From NCBI GenBank assembly GCA_001002765.1, contig LCMS01000004.1:68775-132774 (forward strand): a stretch of 64,000 bases of DNA, in the 5' to 3' direction. This DNA comes from Candidatus Uhrbacteria bacterium GW2011_GWE2_46_68. GTDB lineage: Bacteria; Patescibacteriota; Patescibacteriia; UBA9934; GWF2-40-263. Positions 57,307 through 64,000 of this stretch are shown here, piece by piece. The notes under the pieces are model-generated. The model searched no databases. It saw only the letters and a program-made list of their open reading frames with translations, and was not told the origin of the DNA. Position numbers and translations under genes: made by a program. The first letter of the stretch is position 1. Each line of letters opens with the position of its first letter.

Positions 57307-58689
57307 ATGTCTAAACTTTTTCCTCCTCCGTTATCACTTCGCAAACTCATTGGCCCTAGTTTTTTGATTCTCGCGCTCGGGCTTGGATCGGGCGAAGTGA
57401 TCCTCTGGCCTTATCTTGCCTCCAACTATGGGCTGGGCATCGCTTGGGGGGCGCTCATCGGCATCACGTTTCAGTATTTCATCAATATGGAAATCGAACG
57501 CTATGCGCTTGTGAAAGGCGAAAGCGTGTTTGTGGGATTTACAAAAAAATGGAGCTGGACACCCTATTGGTTCATTCTTTCCACTTTTGTTGGATTTGGA
57601 TTGCCGGGGATTATCGCCGCTTCGGCAAAGGTGTTCAGTGCGATGGTCGGGGTTGAAGATTTTCGTTTCATCGCCATTCTTTTTCTCCTCTTGATCGGTT
57701 TCATTTTGAGCGCGGGTAAAACCGTGTACGGACTTATGGAACGGCTCACAAAGATCGTTATTCTTTGCGGTGTCCCATTTATTTTTTTATTGGCGATCGT
57801 GTTGAGCGATCCACAGGATTGGTTCATCCTTGGAAGAGGAATTTTGGGAATAGGGGAGGGATATCGTTTTCTTCCGGAAGGAATTATTCTCGCCACCTTC
57901 TTTGGGGCGTTTGCTTATTCCGGTGCGGGTGGAAATCTTAATCTCACCCAATCCATCTACGTAAAAGAAGAAGGCTATGGCATGGGGAAGTATGCGCAAA
58001 AAATTTCCGGACTTTTCAAACACCAGACAGTGCAAGAAATGAAACTGGAAGGAGAGACCTTTCCAATGAATGCCGAAGCAAAGAAAAATTTTTTCGGATG
58101 GTGGAGAAAAATTTCCCTAGAACATGCATTGGTGTTTTGGTTTGTGGGAGCACTCTCAATTTTTCTTCTCATGCTCCTTTCTTTCGTGACCTCGTTTGGT
58201 AATCCGGAAAATGCACAAGGGATCAGTTTTGTGATCACCGAAGGAGCTGCCATTGGAAGCCGAATTTTTCCCTGGGTCGGCACACTCTTCCTTCTGGTCG
58301 TTTCTATCATGCTCTTTCAGACTCAACTGGGAGTGATGGATTCCACTTCTCGTATTATGGCCGAGAATGCGGCGCTTCTCATCATGAAACATAAGCGCAC
58401 ACAGACAATCGCTCTTTCTAAAATCTATTTTTCATTTCTGTGGGCGCAAATAGCTTTTGGTATTTTGCTTTTCCTTCTGGGTATTTCCGAACCTAAAACC
58501 TTGATTGTGCTTGGTGCTTGTCTCAATGCCGTTGCCATGTTTGTCCATGTGGGACTTGTTCAAGTGCTTAATCATCATGCGCTTCCTAAAGTTTTTCGTC
58601 CTCGTGTGTGGAGAAAAATACTCTTGGCCGGCATTTTTCTTTTTTTTGGCGTCTTCAGCGCAATCGTTTTTATCGATCAGCTGTTCTAG
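57307..58689 (+). CDS. mntH: Nramp family divalent metal cation transporter
   Basis: N-terminal LGPSFLILALGLGSGEVILWPYLASNYGLGIAWGAL is the Nramp signature region; 11-12 TM. Confidence 0.75.
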   Translation: MSKLFPPPLSLRKLIGPSFLILALGLGSGEVILWPYLASNYGLGIAWGALIGITFQYFINMEIERYALVKGESVFVGFTKKWSWTPYWFILSTFVGFGLPGIIAASAKVFSAMVGVEDFRFIAILFLLLIGFILSAGKTVYGLMERLTKIVILCGVPFIFLLAIVLSDPQDWFILGRGILGIGEGYRFLPEGIILATFFGAFAYSGAGGNLNLTQSIYVKEEGYGMGKYAQKISGLFKHQTVQEMKLEGETFPMNAEAKKNFFGWWRKISLEHALVFWFVGALSIFLLMLLSFVTSFGNPENAQGISFVITEGAAIGSRIFPWVGTLFLLVVSIMLFQTQLGVMDSTSRIMAENAALLIMKHKRTQTIALSKIYFSFLWAQIAFGILLFLLGISEPKTLIVLGACLNAVAMFVHVGLVQVLNHHALPKVFRPRVWRKILLAGIFLFFGVFSAIVFIDQLF

Positions 58690-58692
58690 TCC

Positions 58693-59223
58693 GTGCTATA
58701 CTATTCCTATATGAGAAAAAAAACATCAAAAAAAATGGCAGAGCCCTTACGGGAAAGTTTGACAGAAAGTATTTTTACGTCTCGTATGAAGCGACAACGC
58801 ACTTTGACCGAACGTTGTGCAGATAGGCTGACCGATTCTTTTGGAACGATTTTTTTTCTGAATTTCAATCTTGCATTTTTTCTCATTTGGATCGTTTGGA
58901 ATATGGGGTGGATCCCCGGATTCCCCTTATTTGATCCTTATCCCTTTGTCTTGCTCATCACGGTTGTTTCTCTTGAAGCGATCACCCTTTCCACCATTGT
59001 GCTTATCAGTCAAAGGCGTGCAGCGAAAACCGCAGACATTCGATCCGAGGTGGATCTGCAAATCAATATCCAATCCGAAAAACAAATCGCCAAAGTGCTT
59101 GAGGAATTGCAAGAAATGCAAAATCGCATGAAGTTTGTTTTTCCCAATGACCCCGAGCTCGAGCGTTTAAAAAATCCGATGAACGTTGCTGAACTAGAAC
59201 GCAATGTGACGAAGAACCTATGA
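58693..59223 (+). CDS. DUF1003 membrane protein
   Basis: FGTIFFLNF...FDPYPFVLLITVVSLEAITLSTIVLISQRR matches the DUF1003 signature. Confidence 0.6.
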   Translation: MLYYSYMRKKTSKKMAEPLRESLTESIFTSRMKRQRTLTERCADRLTDSFGTIFFLNFNLAFFLIWIVWNMGWIPGFPLFDPYPFVLLITVVSLEAITLSTIVLISQRRAAKTADIRSEVDLQINIQSEKQIAKVLEELQEMQNRMKFVFPNDPELERLKNPMNVAELERNVTKNL

Positions 59224-59861
59224 AATCCCATCACGTTCCGTTTCGCCATTATTTTCTTTTGAACATCAATTTCGTCATTCGAATGCTCATCCTTTCTGAT
59301 GTGATTTGGGGCGGGGCGATCGGACTGTTGGGGCCCATCTTTGCCATTTTTATTGTGGACTTTATCGAAGGGGGAAATGCGGCTGTCGCTGGCGTCGCCA
59401 CGGCCATCTATCTGGTCATTAAAAGCGTGATGCAAATTCCGGCGGCATCCATTATTGATAAAATTCGCGGAGAAAAAGATGATTTTTGGATATTGTTTAT
59501 AGGCTCAATTCTCGGCGCTTTTATTCCTCTTTTGTATTTGGTCATTCACACCCCCGTGCAACTCTATCTGGTGGAGGCTTTTTACGGACTCGTCATCGCC
59601 TTTACCTTTCCTTCATACATGGCCATTTACACCCGTCATATTGATAAGGAAAAAGAAGCGACCTCCTGGGGCATGTATTTTACTTTGAATGATTTTTCCG
59701 CGGCGATCGCGGCTTCGATTGGCGGAATTGTTGCGGAATTAGTTGGCTTTCAGCCTCTGATCATTGGGGTTGTTTTCTTCAGTATCCTTGGTGTGCTTTT
59801 GATTTTTCCGATTCGTCCGTACATGCGTATGCCAAAAACGTCTTCTCAAAAAGGGGTATGA
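59220..59861 (+). CDS. 6-TM MFS-like (half-size) membrane protein
   Basis: Six predicted TM helices with MFS-like loop motifs. Weak. Confidence 0.35.
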   Translation: MKSHHVPFRHYFLLNINFVIRMLILSDVIWGGAIGLLGPIFAIFIVDFIEGGNAAVAGVATAIYLVIKSVMQIPAASIIDKIRGEKDDFWILFIGSILGAFIPLLYLVIHTPVQLYLVEAFYGLVIAFTFPSYMAIYTRHIDKEKEATSWGMYFTLNDFSAAIAASIGGIVAELVGFQPLIIGVVFFSILGVLLIFPIRPYMRMPKTSSQKGV

Positions 59862-60316
59862 AACGTCTTTTCTTTTTTTTCACATTGATTTTTTTGTTGG
59901 GGATTTTTTTCGCTTGGCACAGCCTGTCTACAAAAGAGTTCCCGCTAGACGTTTCAGAAATTTCCGGAGAAATTTATTATTCCAATACGTCGGAGGACGA
60001 AATTATTTTAGAAAATATTCATCCGGGAGAAATTATTTCTTCCCCACTTCTTCTCACCGGACGCGCACGCGGTTCTTGGTTTTTTGAAGCATCTGCTCCG
60101 GTCGTCCTTACTGATTGGGATGGACGTATCATTGCCGAAGGCACGATCCATACAACCGAAGATTGGATGACCACCGAGTTTGTTCCCTTTGAGGGAACCC
60201 TCACGTTTGAAACTCCATCCTATGGAGACATCGGTTCGCTCATTTTACAAAATGATAATCCCTCCGGTCTTCCCGCCTATGATAAGGCAATCGAGATCCC
60301 CATTCGTTATCGTTAA
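59858..60316 (+). CDS. Gmad2 immunoglobulin-like domain protein (secreted)
   Basis: GRARGSWFFEASAPVVLTDWDGRIIAEG...WMTTEFVPFEG matches the Gmad2/GerMN-type Ig-like domain. N-terminal TM. Confidence 0.5.
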   Translation: MKRLFFFFTLIFLLGIFFAWHSLSTKEFPLDVSEISGEIYYSNTSEDEIILENIHPGEIISSPLLLTGRARGSWFFEASAPVVLTDWDGRIIAEGTIHTTEDWMTTEFVPFEGTLTFETPSYGDIGSLILQNDNPSGLPAYDKAIEIPIRYR

Positions 60317-60319
60317 CGT

Positions 60320-60964
60320 ATGATTTCTCGTGCGTGGAAAAATAGTTTTCTCGTTATTTCCGGAGCCTTTGTGCTTCTGATTTTATTTTTTCCCTGTTTT
60401 GTTCTTTTCAAAACTTCTCGCCACATTTTCACCGAAGTGGTTTCCGCACCCATAACGACGGTTGCCATTGTCTTTGGCGCCGGACTTAATGCACTAGGTG
60501 GCCCTTCAGATGTTTTACAAGATCGTCTCACCGTGGCCGCAGATTTATATTATCAAGGAAAAATACAAACGATTTTGGTTTCTGGAGATAATCGTGTGGA
60601 AGGGTACAATGAACCACAGGTGATGTTTGAAACCTTGACGGAAGATTTTTACATTCCTATCGAAGATGTGAAGATTGATTATGCCGGACGTCGTACCTAC
60701 GACACGTGTGCGCGAGCAAAAAGTATTTGGGGTGTGGACCATGCGCTTCTTGTCACCCAGGCTTATCATCTTCCGCGCGCATTGTGGACATGCACAACCT
60801 TGGGGATCGAAAGCCAGGGGGTCTCTGCCACCTTGCAACCCTATCTTAAAGATCTTTGGTTTCGCGTGCGAGAACTCGGAGCGCTTTATCAAATGGCATT
60901 TGATCTGTATTTTTCCTCCCCATCATTTATCGGTGGCGATCCGATCATCGACCTCGATCTCTAA
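60320..60964 (+). CDS. DUF218 (SanA/YdcF/ElyC-like) protein
   Basis: TILVSGDNRVEGYNEPQVM...YDTCARAK...LLVTQAYHLPRAL is the DUF218 core. N-terminal TM. Confidence 0.6.
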   Translation: MISRAWKNSFLVISGAFVLLILFFPCFVLFKTSRHIFTEVVSAPITTVAIVFGAGLNALGGPSDVLQDRLTVAADLYYQGKIQTILVSGDNRVEGYNEPQVMFETLTEDFYIPIEDVKIDYAGRRTYDTCARAKSIWGVDHALLVTQAYHLPRALWTCTTLGIESQGVSATLQPYLKDLWFRVRELGALYQMAFDLYFSSPSFIGGDPIIDLDL

Positions 60965-61018
60965 AAAAATAGAATTTTCTACCCGCTTTTAAAATCACTT
61001 GAACATAATACAACGATT

Positions 61019-62233
61019 ATGCGTCCACTTTTCAGCACGCGTCTTGGTTTGATCATGATCGGGGTTTTTGCCACGCTTCTCCTTTTTTTGCCTGTGAGAC
61101 TTTATCAAACCTTTCCTTCCTTTTTTTCTTCCCTGTTTTATTCTTCTGATCGTTCAGTTATTACTTTGGGGAGTTCGGCATTCGGCAGTTTGGTGGCAAC
61201 CGACGAACCACAAACCGGTGACACCCTTGGCATGGGAGGAGGAAAGGAAATAACAAGTGAAGAGGCCGTGTTATCGAATGGTCTTTTGCCTGCGGAGTAC
61301 TATCCGACCATTTCGTATCGTTATGTGTATGAAGGAACCTTGCCCGATTTTTCCACGTTCCCAAGTTTTGTGTATAAACGTTCATCCATGATCGAAGCTC
61401 CCGAATCGATTGCGCGAGCCGTGAGTTCATCCACCATCGGTTCTTTTGATTTTTCTCGCCTCGGCAATCTCACGTTACAAAATATGTATTTGGCACAGGA
61501 AGGAGATAAGGGGTATGCCGTGGGCGTGGATTTCACTTATGGCAGTTTGTATATTAATCAAAATTGGAATACATGGACCGAGGATGTGTATACGCCGCTT
61601 GCTTTTTCCGATCTTCCGCCTTTTGAACAAGTGATCGCTGTCGCGGATGCATTTCTTGCCGACTTTGGATTGGATCGCACGGGGTATGGCAGCGGAGTGA
61701 TTACAGATGCGGATCTTTTTACGGAAAACTCATTGTATATCCCCGATGAGGCCACCGTGGTGTATCCAAAAAATTTGGAAGGCTACACGGTTTGGGATTT
61801 GTACGGTACTCCGCAAGGAATGATGGTGGGCGTAAATTTGCGTACATTGCAAGCGACACGCTTGAGTGTGGGATTGGATGGGCAGTTTGCGTCTTCTTCC
61901 TACCCCATGGTCACAGACGAAGCGTTGGTGCGTGGAGTGATCGAACGCGGGGGACTTTACGGTTGGAGTGATCCCTCCGCAGATACGATCTACACAGTGA
62001 AGGTGGGGGATCCGGTGTATGGACTTGCCCACTACTTTTTATATCAGGACGGAAAGACTGAGTATTTATATTTGCCGGCTTTGTATTTTCCGGTGATTGA
62101 AGTGCCCGAAGGAGCCGAGGTTTGGCAAGATGCAGTTGTTGTTCCGCTTGCGGAGGAAGTGTTGCGCGAGGTGGAGGAAGGGTATCCGATTTTATACGAC
62201 AAGTCCGTAGTCGAACTTATTACCGAAGAATAA
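61019..62233 (+). CDS. secreted hypothetical protein
   Basis: N-terminal TM/signal, 404 aa, no motif recognised. Confidence 0.4.
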   Translation: MRPLFSTRLGLIMIGVFATLLLFLPVRLYQTFPSFFSSLFYSSDRSVITLGSSAFGSLVATDEPQTGDTLGMGGGKEITSEEAVLSNGLLPAEYYPTISYRYVYEGTLPDFSTFPSFVYKRSSMIEAPESIARAVSSSTIGSFDFSRLGNLTLQNMYLAQEGDKGYAVGVDFTYGSLYINQNWNTWTEDVYTPLAFSDLPPFEQVIAVADAFLADFGLDRTGYGSGVITDADLFTENSLYIPDEATVVYPKNLEGYTVWDLYGTPQGMMVGVNLRTLQATRLSVGLDGQFASSSYPMVTDEALVRGVIERGGLYGWSDPSADTIYTVKVGDPVYGLAHYFLYQDGKTEYLYLPALYFPVIEVPEGAEVWQDAVVVPLAEEVLREVEEGYPILYDKSVVELITEE

Positions 62234-62364
62234 AAGAACGCCCCGTATGGGGCTTCTTTTGTGTATAAACAGGTCGCTTCCAATAGGAGGGTGCGCTATG
62301 ATGGTGTTGATCTATGAAACGTTTGTCTTTAGAGTCCGCTCCCTCCTTTCCCATTGAAATGCGC

Positions 62365-63663
62365 ATGGCTTCTTTTTCACGATCCTCTCTTCCCGAGCCT
62401 TATCGTGATCAATTTGATTTTCTTCGTCAGGAGATCATTGATTTTGCAGCATCTCACGGGATTCCAAGAGAGGCGCTTGCCAAACCCGATCTTCTCCGCG
62501 AGGCTGCAAACAAACTCCCCACCCCAGACCTCGAGCGACTAGCTGTTCTTCTTGAGCGTTTTAAACACCTCATCGTTCATCGTGAACCCTACAGAGAAAC
62601 ACAGGCTGAAATTTTGGAATACGCGGAAACATTTTATAACTTGAGAGAACAATACACACTCCAATGTGATTTGTTCAAACGTCTGAAGCTTTTACAGGTA
62701 GGGTATTTGTCAGAACCTGTAGACACGGAGCGCACACAAGGATTGTCCGCTCTTTTTCGCTCCCTGTTGCCTTTTGGGAAAAAGAAAAGGGTGCGCAAAG
62801 AGCCTCCAAAAAAAGGCAAAGAATTTTTCTTTGTCTACGGAATAGATGGAAAACAATATACGTTTCCCACCTTGGAAGAAGTGGCGGAGCGTCTTTATCG
62901 TCAACAAGAACGTTTGCATATCAAGCGCGATCAAGGTTTTACCAAACTCCTCCTTGTTCCTTTTGGCATGAGACTTGAAGATTTATTCTCTATTTATTTC
63001 AGAAAATTTTTAACCGGGTATCAAGAGGCTCATCCGAATTTCGGTCTCAAAGGAGATGGACTTATGAGCGGATATGACGATTTTGTCCATGTGGACAGAG
63101 GAAGTAATCCCCGTCTTTTTTATTACCCAAGGTTTTTTCGAGAAACGGATCATCAAGGAAAAACAAAACCTCAGATTTTAAGAGAACGAGTAGCACAAGG
63201 TGTCTCTTGTCCCGGATGGAATATCAGTCTTTTTCAACCGCTTGAACCTGATGACCTTTACTCCAAAGGGTTTGCTTCCATTAGCAGGCATGATTATACC
63301 CAAGGCAAAGAGTGCCTCCGTCCTTGTTTAAGCGTCGGTCGTCCTCCACACGAATATCTTTCCTTGCTCGAAGATGCTAAAGCAAATCCTGATTCTCCTT
63401 ATCATGGCGAAACGGGGATGACTCCCGAAGATTGGATAACCGCTTTTATGGTGCACCTTGAAGAAACAGGAAGACCACTTGATGATTTTCTAGGTCCTGG
63501 GGAATCTGAAGCTTATCTTTTGGGTTCCTTTTTTCCGGCGAATTATTGTTTTATGCCTTATGCGCGTTGGGATAACCATTTCGGCAAACCGGGAATGTCG
63601 AAGGGGACTATGCCCGCTGAATCATATGAAAATATAGGCGCTCGTTTTTTAGTGCAGATTTGA
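62365..63663 (+). CDS. paralog family protein of unknown function (copy 2)
   Basis: Start MASFSRSS (internal ATG). Homologous throughout to 5949..7290. Confidence 0.6.
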   Translation: MASFSRSSLPEPYRDQFDFLRQEIIDFAASHGIPREALAKPDLLREAANKLPTPDLERLAVLLERFKHLIVHREPYRETQAEILEYAETFYNLREQYTLQCDLFKRLKLLQVGYLSEPVDTERTQGLSALFRSLLPFGKKKRVRKEPPKKGKEFFFVYGIDGKQYTFPTLEEVAERLYRQQERLHIKRDQGFTKLLLVPFGMRLEDLFSIYFRKFLTGYQEAHPNFGLKGDGLMSGYDDFVHVDRGSNPRLFYYPRFFRETDHQGKTKPQILRERVAQGVSCPGWNISLFQPLEPDDLYSKGFASISRHDYTQGKECLRPCLSVGRPPHEYLSLLEDAKANPDSPYHGETGMTPEDWITAFMVHLEETGRPLDDFLGPGESEAYLLGSFFPANYCFMPYARWDNHFGKPGMSKGTMPAESYENIGARFLVQI

Positions 63664-63674
63664 TGTTTGATTTT

Positions 63675-64000
63675 ATGTCTTCTTTTTCTCGCTCATCTCC
63701 CGAATCCGTCCCATCTATTACTTTTCACGAAGCCACCCCCACGGAGGTGGGGGTCCAACGTACTTCGGAAATCTTAAATGAAGCCATCCTCTCTTCAGTT
63801 TCAAGTGTCCGTGATTCTTTGCCCAAAGAACATCATGGGCACTTTGACACTCTCCGACAAGAGATTATTGATTTTACAAAAGCTCATGGGATTTCCAAAG
63901 ATGCACTTTCCAATCCCAGCCTCCTTCGTGAGGTGACCGACAAACTCTCCATCCCAGACCTCGAACGACTCGCTCTCCTTCTCGAGCACTTTGAGTATTT
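63675..64000 (+). CDS. paralog family protein of unknown function (copy 3, partial at window end)
   Basis: MSSFSRSSPESVPS...VSSVRDSLPKEHHGHFDTLRQEIIDFTKAHGI. The 5' region is ~85% nt-identical to 5949-6200. Confidence 0.55.
   Translation, partial: MSSFSRSSPESVPSITFHEATPTEVGVQRTSEILNEAILSSVSSVRDSLPKEHHGHFDTLRQEIIDFTKAHGISKDALSNPSLLREVTDKLSIPDLERLALLLEHFEY

Noticed and set aside
1-64000. CRISPR arrays and rRNA genes
   Set aside because: No regularly spaced direct repeats and no rRNA-like conserved segments were found anywhere in the window.

Overview
This 64-kb window is a chromosomal segment from a low-to-moderate GC bacterium. An intron-containing tRNA, many small hypothetical genes and salvage-type operons suggest an uncultivated, possibly CPR-like lineage. 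That is inference; no rRNA is present. Recognisable housekeeping genes are dnaB, folD, glyA-murC-murB (overlapping operon), hpf, rdgB-like, trpS, secA, rlmI, rarA, a mutY-like glycosylase and an ABC-F ATPase. Metal homeostasis is covered by copA plus an HMA/cupredoxin membrane protein, a ZIP transporter, an Nramp transporter and a HlyD/MacB/FtsX efflux set. Other genes include BtpA, AstE/AspA-like, GATase1, HAD, CYTH, a NYN domain protein and lipoproteins. Notable features: (1) tRNA-Asn(GUU) split by a 579-nt group I intron carrying an HNH homing endonuclease ORF. (2) A REPtron: an IS200-like Y1 (RayT-like) transposase flanked by inverted 22-bp REPs, with dispersed REP relatives elsewhere. (3) A Trp-specifier T-box leader upstream of a TrpD-family gene, inside a GC-elevated block that also holds trpS and a PLP decarboxylase. 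(4) A three-member paralogous family of unknown function, with two tandem copies at the window end. (5) A cytidine deaminase duplication bracketing a compositionally foreign gene. (6) Identical 83-bp terminator/promoter/5'UTR repeats flanking a DHFR-like plus ParB-like nuclease module next to the tRNA, with a recurring TGATAGAAT extended -10 box. (7) Two rod-like or palindromic ~180-215 bp elements. No CRISPR array and no rRNA were found.
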